DNA of 64,000 bases from Pelomyxa schiedti (lineage: Eukaryota > Protista > Evosea): contig JAHLWZ010000158.1 in assembly GCA_020536535.1 (NCBI GenBank), positions 1,206-65,205 on the forward strand, read 5' to 3'. This document shows positions 35,301-59,000 of the stretch, piece after piece. The notes beneath the pieces were generated by a model. That model was not told the origin of the DNA. It did no database searches and saw only the letters and a program-made list of their open reading frames with translations. Within the stretch, counting starts at the first letter, position 1; every line of letters begins with the position of its first letter. The position numbers were made by a program, and so were the translations under genes.

Positions 35301-37383
35301 CCAGATTTAAAATCGTTGCTTTTTTCCCCAGGTTAGACAGAGTTTCTTATTATTTCCTTACAACAACCCAGTTCAATTTCTTCCAAAATTGTTTGTTCTC
35401 TTGAGGGTGTGCAAACCTTTGGCCTTTTTCTCTCTTACCGTGGCCAGGACATTTCAAGCTCTTTAGAGCCACAAGACGCAGATTATCCTTCTCTTAACTC
35501 TGCCCTCAATAAGACTGGCCTTCTACTTACAAGAATAAATGAAAACTTCCAGGTTTGCAGTTGACTTCGTATTCTTTTTAACTGTCTTCAGTTCGTGAAT
35601 CCCTTAGATATTTTGAACTGTACATCTGATGAATCTGGCCAATTACAGTCAGTGAATAAATTATCAATAAGGTGTAACACACATTAGGATAATGGGAGCC
35701 ACCTTAGAGGGCCTTGTTGACAAGCTGACCCACCACAATATCACAGGTAGATAATCTTTAAAAGCAGTTTTCCTTTACGTTCGACAGATCCAGGATTCCG
35801 GGAGGTGTTTTTGCTCACTTTCCGCACTTTCACCACTCCTACTATACTCATGAAGATGCTCATAGAAAAGTAATTTTCATTGCTGATTACCTTATTGACT
35901 ATAATAACTTTTACTGGTAGAGCCAAGACCTCTGGTTCCATTTGGACTCCTAAACAACGGTGTGCATCCCTGTTTGAATATCTTTGCTCACCTTCCTAAG
36001 CATATATCATGTCCTTGACTCCTGGGTTGTAACCCATTTTTACGATTTCGTCAAAGACAAAGAAGTATTGGCGCTGCTTACCGAGTTCCTGGAGGATACT
36101 GATGTCGTGGAAGAAAATGAAACAAATTTCAAGCAACATTTGCGGACTTTGATAACACAATTGCAGGTTCCTGCTTTTTTGCACTCATTCAGTGGCGTCA
36201 CGTTGACTTTTAACTCTCAACGTACAGAATGACAATTCCAGCTCTGACAACGAGCCACCAGAACTTCCTGTAACTACCCCTGGATTCGACTTTGCTGCAA
36301 TTTCTCCGGAGGAGGTAATTGGACAAATGTATTTCTTTACATTTACTTTCCCAAGGTTGCCTGTGGCCTGGCCCTTATAAGTCATGAACTTTTTTCACGT
36401 ATCGGTGTTCAAGAATTCTTTGGAAAAGCATGGGAAAAATCCGATGCTGCACAACGTTGCCCAAATTTGCTGACCTTTACGGCTCGTTTCAATATGGTTG
36501 TTCTCAAATCTTGCTTTGGTGAAACTAAGCTCCTCAGATGTCATCCTGGTCATCAACTGAAATTACAAGTCGCTCCAACAAGAACCTTCAGGTCTCCGAG
36601 CTTTGTCACATGCTAGACATTGCATCTGTAGACTTCCAGTTAGAAATCATAACATAACTAACTCTTCTTCAGCAATGTGAAAAACTCAACGATTACTATT
36701 CTCTCACTGCAATCATTTACGGGCTCCTTTCAATTTCTGATAAATTCCGGAAACAAGTAATTTCTCCCACACTTGACACAACACTTACGAATTCCAACAG
36801 ATCCCTAAGGAGCATTTAGCCCTGCTTGAGCGTATGGAGGAGTTAGTATCACCATTACGCAACTACAAAAACATGAGACAAAAAGTACAGGCCACAAAGC
36901 CACCATGTGTACCATTTTTGGGTATGTCGAGGGTGTCAACATTTAGTACTAAGTCTGTTTGCAGCACTCACAATCAAAGACCTCACTTTCATTGAAGGTA
37001 ACAAACCAAACTTTCTCTAAACTGTCCCAACTTCCCAAATCAGATGGAAACCAGGATTACATAAGGGAAGACCTCAAAGTTATCAACTTTTTCAAGCGTC
37101 GCAAGGTATCAGAAGTAATTCTGCCCATCCGGCAATACCAACAAATCAAGTACACTTGACCATATGTGTTTGCACTGCCTTTAACACCTCTAAAAGATAC
37201 TCAAACATAGAGGAACCAGACTCAAATGTAATGGCCTACTTACGAATATTGAATTCTCATGCAAAAAAATCTTGATAAAAGTAGTGTATCCCCGCACTTT
37301 ATTTGGTCAAAAATGGTGTGCCGTACTAGCACATCACAGCCCTTGTAAAAATGCAAAATATTTTTGTAGCACAGCCGCAGTGA
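32375..37383 (+). CDS. RCC1-repeat + DH-like + REM + RasGEF (CDC25) protein
   Basis: RCC1: VSCGAYNT, VALGTYHA, WGSASFGQLG, VACGDSHT. REM: GATLEGLVDKL, VFLLTFRTFTTP. CDC25: PPCVPFLG, LTFIE|DGNQD, INFFKRR. Confidence 0.85.
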
Positions 37384-40300
37384 TTGGAGGGCTGAGGCCA
37401 GCCACTTTCTGTGTGTTGTCACTCTGAACCGTTTCTTGTTCCTTTGTTGAATCAAATGGCAGAAGCACAAGTGGTTGTCCAGTCCCATTTCCTTCTTCTT
37501 CCTGTTGCTGACTGTTGTTGTCCCTTGTGCTGTGGTGGTGGGCCAACAGAGGCCACAGGGCACAGTCTTCACAACACGAAACGGCACGGCACCATTGGTG
37601 GTATGATGAGGATATGGCACAGGGTGTGAGTTGCTGGGGTGAATTTGCCTCTGTTGGTGATATAGAAGAAGCTGCAGAGGCCAGGGTGGACAATGACACG
37701 GCTGGGCCTACAAAGTGGAACGACTGGTACTGGGATTGGCGGGGCCTGCTGGGTGATTCTTCAGCGTCCCGGGTCGTTGTGGTTGTGGCGGTTGTTTCTT
37801 GTTCTGGCTCCGCATTGGATTCAGACTCGATAAGCGGAGGAGTGTTATTTGCATTTGTTGTCATGTAATCGGGAAGAGCGGCCAATAAGCAACCCTGAGC
37901 GACCCAGTCCACTGGCGCCATGGATGTAAATACAGCTTCGCAATCGGCTCCAGAGGGAGGTGGTATCTTGCCTTTCAAATGCAGTAAGGTAGCTAAAAGT
38001 CTATTCACGGAATCAGAAGGGTTAAGAGCCCCTGTTTGTGTACTGCCGGCAATAGTCCCAGGTCTAATAACTAAGGGGAAAGGTTATTTCTTAAAGTGCT
38101 GAAATTTGTACCTACCAACCACGTTCATTCCTAGCCTGAATGCTTCGAGTAGCATCATTTCAGCTATCCGCTTTGATCTGGAGTATGGATCCATTTCAGA
38201 TAAGGATACTCGTCCCAGTTGAAAGTCCTCTGGTATTGGTCCATTGGCTGTTTCATCACGGTGGAATACAGAGATAGAAGATATGTACACTAGCCTTTTT
38301 GGGCAACCTTTACAGCAAATTCGTATTGCTTCCAGGGTACCGTTTACATTTGGTTGTCGAATCTGGTTATAGGTAAGTGCACTCGATGTGGAGGCTGCAC
38401 TATGTATCACTAGGCTGGTTCTTTCAGTAACTTCAACCCATTCCTCACGTGGAAGACCCATCTTGTTTTGGGAAATGTCTCCGGGAACGCAGTGTATACG
38501 TGAAAACAGTTCCTCCTCTAAACTTACCCTATATTTTGCAAGACTATTTTTCAAAACATCGATTGCAGTGGAGTTACAGGGAACCCTCACTAGGCACCAA
38601 ACATCACAGTTTGTGAGCAAGAGAATTTGTTGCAGAATATGTGCTCCAAGAAGGCCAGTTCCACCAGTAAGGAATATACCTCCGTTTCCTTCATAGTCTG
38701 AATTGTTGACTATCCCAGACTTAATTTTGGATGGAAGTTCCCACTCCAAATCCCATCCAAAGGGGCTGGGAGGTTGTTCAGTTGCTATCATACCTGGATG
38801 GTGTCGCCCTTTTCTTGTGGCATCCACTACACTGCGAAGCGTAGGACCAAGCCCATTTTGGCCAATAAGAGCATGTGGTTCAACACGAACACCAAGCGCT
38901 TTAGAAAGGGCGGCAGAGAGCTTGATTGCACGAATACTGTCCACACCAACACTGGAAAGTGGTGCATCCACATCTGCCTTCCCTTCGTTTATGTGGAAAT
39001 TAGCCATAAAAATCTGCCGTGCCAACTCCAAATCACCACTGATATCATCTGTATCTTTTGGAACTGCCAATGGGATATCCACAAATTCTTCTGCAAGCTT
39101 CTCACATTCAGACCCAAATCTCGCAGACAGGGCATGTCTATTGACTTTCATGCTTGGTGTGAGGTAGTTGTGCTTGGTCCAGTCCTCTGTATTGAGAATG
39201 ACGGTGTGGGGAATTTCATGGGGTTGAAGCCTATGGGCCTCAGCTATGGCACAGACCTCCTCTCTAATGAGTTGTACCAGCTCATTGGACTGGCCTATAA
39301 GTTGTATTTTAGACTCCAGTGAATCTGGAATCTGTGCAGTAAGTGCACCTCTACTGAAAGCTCTTGAAAGCAGAACGTCAATATTCGGGACAACAACAGC
39401 AGCAACGCAGGTCATCAAACCACTTGCATAAATAAAGATATTAGAAACTAATGGTGATGCCGAGTACAGCTGCTGCAAGTATTCAGGCGCCACCCAGATG
39501 CTCTGAGAAAGTTTTATGGCAAAACCAGTGCGGTCAATTATTTTAATTCTCCTAGTAGATTGATCATATTCAACAATATCTCCAGTGCAAAAATAGCCAT
39601 CAGGGGAAAATTTGTCATTAGTGGCACTTTCATCAGTATAGTAACCTGCAGCCATATCATCTGTTTTCACCCACAACACACCTCGGGGAGGAACATCGGT
39701 CGAGAAATACCCAAGATTAGGGCAGTCTTGCAGCCGGACATTCACACCAGGTTTTACTTTTCCATTTTTTGCTATATTTCCGGCTTCAGTTGTGCCATAT
39801 CCTTCAGTAACTTCACACTGAGAGAAACACTTTCTCAGCCATTCCACTAAATGTGGGGGTGTTAGAGCACCACCAACAGAGATTCCATCAACACGACTCC
39901 CGAGCGAAGTACCGTAGTCTTGTAAAAGTCTTTCTTCTACTTGCTCGTATCTATCTGGGAGTGTGGCCAACTTGAGTTTATCTAAGTCAGATATAAATTT
40001 GGAATACAGAACATTCCAAATCACTGGGGGGGCTTGCAGGAATGTAGGCTCAAGTTTTTTCACTTCTTCAAAGAAGTTGCCCATGTTTCCGGTAGAAAAC
40101 CCCAGTCTCCCTCCGCCAGCCAGAACTGCTATCATTCTGTGGTATTGCGAGCTGTAGGGCAAGGGCATGTAAATAAGTTCCACATTTAATGCACTGGGAT
40201 ATACAAATACAATCTCTTTATTGAACACATGGCTTGGAATTGCTGCCGCTTTTGGAGACCCCGAACTCCCAGACGTATAAAGAAGTGCACATACAGCTTC

Positions 40301-41326
40301 AGGGTCATCTTCAATTACAGGTCTCCATGTTGAAGAGGCCTTGTACCTGTTTTGAATGTCCGACCACAAGAACTGTTCACAGGTTTGAATCGGATCAGGA
40401 GGAATTGCTTGCGGTGTGCTGGAGGGATCGGGCATAATAACCAGTAATTTGATACCATTGCATTGGATGTACGGCACAACAAACTTGGAAAGAGATACCG
40501 AACAGAAAACAATGGTGGAACCAGAGTGATGCAGAATCTCCGGCAAAGCAGAAGTGGGAGAATTCCCCGATAGAGCGATCGGCACAAAGACCGCACCAGA
40601 GAAAATGCATGCAAAATTCGCTATGCACCACAGGGGACTGTTGGGAGCCAAAATCACAGCTTTCACCCTCCCCTGCCTCTCAAAGGCCGCACGCTCGCCT
40701 CCTATTTTTTCCACCAGGAAGCTTCCCAGTGCCCTGGACTGCCTATAGACATCATCATACAGCATCCAGTCATACCCCTGCACCACGGCCCCATCGCCGC
40801 CGTCGCCACCGCAGTTGCAACTTGAAACAGGCAAGTTCCGGCTCAAAACAGGGGTTCCAAACAGTGGCCTGTGCCTGTACTTGAGCAGCCGGGAGCACAG
40901 GGAGCGAGCAAGTGACTGGTGTACGGCATGCCGGGCACCCACAACTGACGGAATGAGCTCCAATGCACAATGACTAATGTCTCCCACATTCACATTATGG
41001 GTGTGGCTCTGAGCGGGACCGGCGAGGCAGTGTGCGTCCCAAACAGAAGGAGAGGCCCAGCAGGATCCACACAGGTCGTAGCTGACATTGGACCTCGCAG
41101 AGCATGTGGCACAGTGATACCTCGCCGCGTCATTGTCTATATTGTTTCTGTTTTTGAGAGTCAAATGCCAAAACAAAAAAAAAAGGATGGGGAGTTGCTG
41201 TTTTCACTCTTACTTGCAACCGTCACAGCGATACAACGCAGAAGTTCCCCTCTCAGCTGCTGAGAATTTGGAAGTGAACAGATCGCAATTTGGAGGTGGC
41301 GAGAGGCACCTTACGGTCCTCATCAT
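37334..41326 (-). CDS. Carboxylic acid reductase-like (adenylation-thiolation-reductase) enzyme with N-terminal ZZ-type zinc finger
   Basis: Exon 1 41326-41214 joins exon 2 to give YRCDGCK..YHCATC..YDLCGSC. A domain: YTSGSSGSPK, GYGTTE, TGD, IIDR..IKLSQ. T domain: GVDS. R domain: FLTGGTGLLG, YSRSK, RPG. Only 2 introns seen. Confidence 0.9.
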
Positions 41327-41404
41327 TTTTTCTCGATTTTTCCAGGAACAAGCTCTGCTGTTAAATCAGGCAAAATCTTACACCAGAATTTTGCAGTGTT
41401 GATA

Positions 41405-41562
41405 TTGGACGTTTCAGTCAAAAAACGGCATAATGAATGAAAAATAAAAACAACCAACAAAAAACAAGTTTATCCACTGGGCGCACCCAGTGCATTTCGT
41501 TTGATTTTGATGATAGTTTTCGTTTTTTGTTTGTGTGGCTGGTTTTTGACTGAAACGTCCAA
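41405..41562. mobile_element. 158-bp fold-back MITE-like element flanked by TA
   Basis: TA|TTGGACGTTTCAGTCAAAAA ... TTTTTGACTGAAACGTCCAA|TA perfect 20-bp TIR; central hairpin CACTGGG-CGCA-CCCAGTG. Confidence 0.8.
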
Positions 41563-41717
41563 TAGATGAGTGGAATACCCGGGAAGCAAAAAAAAGTGTT
41601 TCCCGGCCAACACTGGAATTTTGTAAATTCCGGTGTGAATAAATAGTTTTTACATTCCTACTGCCAAAGTGGGAGTTGGTTTTAGAACTGTGTTTGGTGG
41701 TTGTTGCTTGTTCGAAT

Positions 41718-44700
41718 TCAGAGAGCTGCTGGAGGCCGTAATGCTTTGCGTAGTGCCCTGCGGTTTCGAATGGTAACTACTTGCACATAAAGATAAAAAA
41801 GCCCAATAAGACCCAGCACTAATCCAGGTACCCCGATGCAGAATCCAATGACCCACTTCTTCCAGGTTGCATCAGGGCCTAGGTTATGGGAGTGTCACAT
41901 TATTGCTTATGTTGTTTGTGGTGTTTGATTTCAAGAAGCTTACATGTTTTTGTGATGGAGACTGTATAAAGCCATGTTTCACTTGCATCCAGTGTACAGT
42001 TCTGGGCTACTACAACAACATATGTTACATTCACAGTAGGTGTGAATCTCTTTTCCTGCCCACACTTTTTGTTTTAGTAAGCAGTTAGATGTTTTCTTTT
42101 CTTTGAAGACATACAGGCCAGACATCAATGCATGTACCATTCTCAGTGGAGAGCTCTATCAAACATGTAAAAGTTTTTCCAATGGAAACAAGTTCTATAC
42201 AGTCTCCATCACCAACGAATTTGAAGAAGTTCGCTTCAGTAAAAAATGAGAAATGAAGCAAATACCACATTCTTACCAAATCGGGAACTGGAGCATGGAG
42301 TGGGTAAGAAGAGAGAACCAGCAACCCCTTGGTTATTATTTTTTAGGTAATTTGTCGCAGTGTACGGGATGAACACAAGCTGGGCATCAGAAAAAACATT
42401 GTTTGAAGGAAGCGAGATCTTCTCAACTACAGTGAGGGTATAGTAACCATAGTTAATTGGCTCTTTCTGGAGAACTCCAACTATGCACACTTGGTCCGGC
42501 AAGCAGTATGTATCATGCGGTTCATCGTTGCACTTTAATTTATTGAGTCATGTTGGCGGCAAAACATCAAACTTACTGGGAAGTAGTTCCAACAAGTGCA
42601 GTCATCTCGATAAATTTCAATATAACAATCAAAGTCAGAAACCACCGCAAATGAAAAAAAAAAAACGGAATCAGTTTCTTTAAGTACTTGATAGAACTTT
42701 CCTTTTTCTTCTTTAGTGATCACCGTAAGAAGTTAGTTCTTACCACTGACAAGATTGCTTGTGCAATGAGACTCGATCTGATAAATATCTGGCATAATTG
42801 TGGAAGATACCACAAAGGGAAGGTTTTTGAACTCCGCTGTTTCACATAGGACATTGTAAAAGGCACCTTCAAAGGAGGTCAGATTTGAGCTTCAATGATG
42901 TTTGGGCATCCAAACTTTGTTGGGACTCTACTGCCAAGCTATATGCCCCTGCTTCCAACTCGTAGGTTTGTGTAACTCCAATAATGTACTGAAATCCATC
43001 TAGTGATTGGAAACTGTACAACTCTCCGTAGTCCTAAGTAAAGGAATTCGGAAGTGGCCTAGACAAAATGGAAAGGGTAGAAATACCTGTGGGTTCCAGG
43101 TATTCATGCATCCACACAAAGTTGTGTATAGACCAATCTTTACTGTATAATCGGAGAGAAAATAAATGTATATCAAGGAGCCATCCCCCTTGAAACTGAA
43201 GAAATGAGCTGCAGGTTATTCATCAGTTCGTGTTGGATGTTGGTTAAAGTACTTCTGACTAGGTCATCAAAGCAAGATGAGATTGTGGCGTTAGTTAAAG
43301 GACCCATTTCTTCGGTGACAGTAAAGGGGAGTGCTAGTCGTTTAGGAGTAGAACATGTAGTAAAATTTGGGGTTGTTTCCACGTCTTTTTTTTTGTCATG
43401 AAATTAGGGTCACTGGAACAAAGAAAATCTACAAATTACCAATTGAAATGGTGTACTGCCCCCAATCAGTGAGAGCATATTGACCCACTACGAGATACAA
43501 CTCTTCTCCGGGGGTTGTCTGATAGGAGGCAGGCTCGTCCCTCTGCTGAGGAGTAAAGATTTGTCACAATTGGATAGCTGAGGGGTAGACTACATTCCAA
43601 TAGGCCATACACGTGCAATCAGAGGTGGTGAGCATTCCACGAGAAAAGAAATTCGAAGTCAATGTGAAGGACAATAAATCGCCCGTTCCAACAATCCTAT
43701 AATAGTCGGCTAAAATCAACAGGGAGAATTAGCAGTGAAGGCATCACAGCACGTACTCACCATATTGGTAACCAAAACAAGGCGTAGGAAGAAGTTGATC
43801 CTTTATTTCTAACACATGTGTAATCACAGCAGGGACTGTGAGGTTCACTGCTGTACTTCTATCGCAACCAGTTTCGTCTTGAACGCAAATTTAGGAAATA
43901 AATTCTAGTGCGCTGTGCTAGTGAACATACTGGCAGGAATAACACTAAGATTCCATTGATAGTTACCAGTGGAGATGCCATCTAACGTAGATATCAGAAA
44001 TACAAACTCAGTACCCACTTCAGGTATGGGATATGTGAGAGTTTTCGGCTACTTAATGTTACAACCAAATCAGGAAGAAAGAAGGAATACCCGAAAGCCA
44101 ACATCGCACTCGCAATCAGGAGTCAAAACCTCGGCATAACAAAGGTAATCACACCAGAGAGTAACCTGCAGAACTCCTATCGACGATGTTCTGAATCTAT
44201 AGTAGTAGCCTGAAGAGAAAATAAACAACACTTTAACTGGACGAGCGATTACCAGATCGAGAGTCCGTTTTGGCACATTGATCAGGAAGTAATGGAAGGC
44301 CACTTACTAAGGTGCCCTCAATAATAACATTGTTCCCTGAAATAAGTTCTGCATTTCCACAAGTAGCATGGGAAGTGGGGGTATCTCCAGTGAGTGCCAC
44401 ATTTACTTCGAAAAACCCATAGTCCTCCTGCGAATACTGTGCAATCACCAAATCAACTAAGTCGTTTTCCCTCACAACCAGAGATTGTGTGCCTGAGCAC
44501 TAAATATTTATTATAATGTGAAGTGATCAAATTAGAAACGTGCATTCCACGAAACTCTACATTGGCATGCAGGAGTTGCAATCTCAGCCCTGCATTCGAA
44601 ATTTGCGGTAACTGAAATTTTCAGGGTACCAGGTGCAGTCAATGAAAGCTGATACAAATTCCCTTTCAAAGCCGAAGTGAGTATACGTTATGTTAACTTA

Positions 44701-45099
44701 TGTTTCCTAACATTATGAATAAATTTTTAATGGTGTTGTCTCCGGGGAAAAACCAGAAAGTAGTTCTCCAGGATGACAAGGAGTGGATGTGTTTCTCACA
44801 GAATCGGCAAGAAAAGAGCCCCTGTCACAAAATGGGAAAGTGGCCACTTGGAAACCTTGTCCATTACATATAGGCTGCAAGACAGACTTTCCCTCAACAC
44901 CCAATCTACGTTACAGGGGTAATAAAATAAAATAATATAAAATAACATAAAATAAAATAAAAACCAGAGAGAGGGCATGAACATAAAGTAAGGAAAACGA
45001 CAACCATTCGCCACCATACCCGTATAAAATACAACATGAAGTGCACGCAGCGACGCACACGAGCAGCCACTGCAATGCACCACTACCGTACACCCTCAT
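41718..45099 (-). CDS. Large Cys-containing type I membrane protein of unknown function, many exons
   Basis: Hydrophobic N-terminus (WLLVCVAACTSCCIL); beta-strand-rich exons ending YG.Y.L/I.V; C-terminal TM WVIGFCIGVPGLVLGLIGLFYLYV followed by RNRRALRK. Confidence 0.6.
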
Positions 45100-45348
45100 C
45101 GTCGTCGTACTCTCGTCTCCCCAGTTGCCTCCCGTGCCCCACGACCCACACAAACCGAAATAAATAGCCTGCCTGTCCACTGGCACGTTTGGATAAAATT
45201 AAACGGCGATGAAAGTGTTTATTGTTGTTCAGTAAACGTGCAGGAACTGAGCTCCTGCACGCCAAATGGGCTGGTTGAAGTTTGACGTGGATGTGCGTGC
45301 CTGTGTTGAACGGTGAGGGACCGTGGGGGGGGGGGGATGAAACCTTAG

Positions 45349-55754
<10,406 letters not shown>

Positions 55755-56008
55755 CGGTGCCGCACGTGTGTTAGACGAGGTGGCTAGAGCGAGATTAAAG
55801 ACGTTGAAAAGTTGGGCCAAATAGATATCAGATCTGAGCCGCCACCTGCCTCAAGACTCAGACCTGCCAGCAAGGCTCAGCAGAATCTATTGGCCGACGG
55901 AATAAAGCCCCTCAGGTGTGGGTTGACAGGCGAAAGATTGGCAGGAGTAAGTCCCCTGCCCGGAAAAGCGGCCACCCTTCAATCGGAGATTTGTATTTTT
56001 TTTTAACA

Positions 56009-59000
56009 ATGTCACTGCTGCCCAAGAATGGTACCACTCTTTGTGCGAGCGTCTTTTGCTTTTGTCCTGTCCCTTCTTCTGTTTTTCCCTGCATGCACAA
56101 CTTCTACTACACAACCGTGTTAACAAATCCCCTTTGTTGCAGCAGCGGCGGAGTTGACTGTTAAAAATGCGCGGCTCATTTTTGAGCCAAAGTCACCTCC
56201 TGTGTCTATTGTTCCACCGCTCAAGGCGAGCAGTCCATCTCCACAACCCTCTCAGGTACCCCTTTGTGGTCATTCATTCATTTCCAGTTTTTTCCCTCAC
56301 CTGTGCTGCTATAATTTCCTCTTGGTGTGCACTTATTTGCTACTTCTCAGACACGATATACTGAGAAACTAAAAGAAGTGGAAGCCCACTTGAAAGAAGA
56401 AGTTAGATCGACTTCGCAGTGAAATTGATACTCACACACAAAAAAGCAATCCAAGAATCTCATTTTGAAGAGAGAAAAACAACTTCTCCAAACTGAGGTT
56501 GAAAACCTCAAGTCGTTGTTGACTGCAAATAGCATTCCAGTCCCTGCTAGTCCCACAATGACCATTTCACTTTCAAGTTCATCTTCCCTTGGTCCATCAG
56601 ATTGTTATGCTGAAGAGCAGCACAGAAGAAGGGTTGAGACTTTTCTTTTTTTTGTTTGGCTTGAAGTTTACTCCGAATACAGGCATCTGAAACAGAAGAT
56701 AAAACTCTCCTTCTGAAATTGTCTCTTTAATGTAGATATTCTATTTCCTTACATTTCTGCAGGCTTGAATCGAAGAGGTCAACAGAACTAGGAAATGAAA
56801 TCACCTCACTAAAAAAAGAGCTGAGTCAGGTATTCCGAGGTTCCTTGCACATTTCTTACACTAAGAGTCAGGCTGAAGACAAGATAAATGAGGTCAATAA
56901 GCAGTTGTACCAAGCCATTGAAGAAAAAAATTTATTGCTAAGTCTCATGAACGAAAAAATGACTAAACTGGATAAAACTAAGAAGAAAATGGACGAACTT
57001 GAGTTGCAAGTTGAAGAACACAAGGTAATCTGTTGTCTATTGGAGTTCATTCCAATTACTTCACAGAAATCCCTTCAAAATGAAGGTAGTAGAACAGCTT
57101 CCGCTGTAGCTGAAAGAGAAGAGCTTCATTCAACTATTACCAACCTAAAAAACTCTGTTGAAAATCTGGAAAACGAAAACAAACTCCTGGTAACTATCAA
57201 CGAATACTATTTGATCTCAAAAAGTTCTTTCTTCACTCAGAGAGAACAAGAAAGTGTACTTCTTGAGAGAATCAAAGCTGAAACTAGTAAGAGGTCTGCT
57301 CCTCCTGTGATAAGGTTAGGGTAACAAATCTCCAGGATTGATCTTGAAAAGAATAGAGAATCAGACCAACAAAAAATTTTCCAACAACACCAAATAATTC
57401 AAGACCTGGAATCAAAAAATGAGTCCCCACAGACTGCCTCTAACCCTGAAGCACTGATGTCCGCATAAATCTTCTCTTCTTCATGTAATATATTTTAGTC
57501 AACCAAGAAATCTTGAGCAAATCCTTGACCAGAACAACAGTTCTAGCTCTGCTTTGAAGGAAGAAATAAAAGTTCTAAAGGAAGAACTGGAGGCTAAATC
57601 CAAGCTCGAACAAGAAGTCATTGTGTGCAGATGGAAGTATTTAATTCATTCCTCAATTCCATTAGATGGCAACACAAAATTTCATGCAAGCAGTTCAAAA
57701 ACAGAAGGAAGCCCATGAAAGTGAAAGACAGGAGTTGTACAAAAAATTAACCGAACAAAAACAAGAGTACACTGATTTGAAATCTCGATACAAGTACCAA
57801 CGAATTCCCTTACCTACATCTAAGTATATCATACTGTTATAAGTACTTACATTTCAACAAGAGCATTGATGAGACAACACTCAGCTGCTGAAAATTCAGC
57901 GCCAGTGGAGTCTACCACAACGGAAAGAGAACTGGTGTGTATTTTTCCCTGACTACATTTCAGTTACATTCGTGTAGCGCCGAAAACACTCCAGTCGATC
58001 TGGGTTCTCCCTCTCCCCTGATCCAGTCTAAACTTACTTGCTATAGATCTGAGTCCTCCTCACTCTGTAGCAGTGAAGTTAATTACAATTCCCGTTCAAG
58101 TAGCCCCTGTGTGGAAGCTGCGGCGGCAACCATCAGCGGGCTTGTGAACGAGCTTATTGTAAGTGGTATGTAAGATATTAACCCGTTGTCGTTCTTACAT
58201 TATGAAGAGGATACTTTTATACGGCAACTATATATACTTCGAATCGAATTTCTCAAACCAATGGTCAGTTTCCCAGATGATACATGCCCTATTACTGAGT
58301 GTCACAATGTAAGTGTAAACAAAACTTCCTGGAACTGAAACTTTTTTGGAAGGTTCACAATTCTGTTGATGTACTCATTACTGCAAATTCACATTTCAAA
58401 GAATTGATGACCTGCGTAGCTCAAAAAACATTGCCTCTGAATTCTGCTTTCACGTTTCTTGTATTTACCTTCCATTTTGGCACCAACTTCTAACTTTTTC
58501 CTCCCTCCCTCATCCTTGGGCAGTGTGATAGCTTCAAGGTTTTCAGCCCCTCCTTTTTTCCCTCCTAAATTTTCCAAGGCATACAGAACATATTACACCA
58601 GTTACGACTCAGCTGTAATCCATCTTAAAAATGGGTACAGAACAAATAAAAATTTCAGAAGAAGTCTAAGTGAGGTATGAAAAACCCATTGCATGCTGTG
58701 TAAATTGATCATTTACAAGTTAGAAGCAAAGGCAGCACCAAATTTGCCTTCTCCTGTCACTTCTCCCACCAAAACAGGAAAAATTTTCTTTGGTCTACTT
58801 CGGCTTCCCCTTTCAAGTAATTATGTTATTACATAGCACCTCACCCAACAAATAAAAGGAATTTCCGAATACTTATCATTCATGGAAAAAATTTTTCATG
58901 TTGACATTCAGAAACCTGAGCCACTCGTACAAGCACACAACTCTCTCAAATCGTTTGTAACTGAAGTTTCTTCAAAGGTTTTTTCCCTCCCCCTCTCCTC

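Noticed and set aside
55920-56004. U6 snRNA or RNase MRP/P-like motifs (ACAGGCGAAAGATTGGCA..CCCCTGC; TAAGTCCCC)
   Set aside because: The invariant ACAGAGA and AGC of U6 are absent, and no P4 partner strand occurs at a suitable distance on the same strand.
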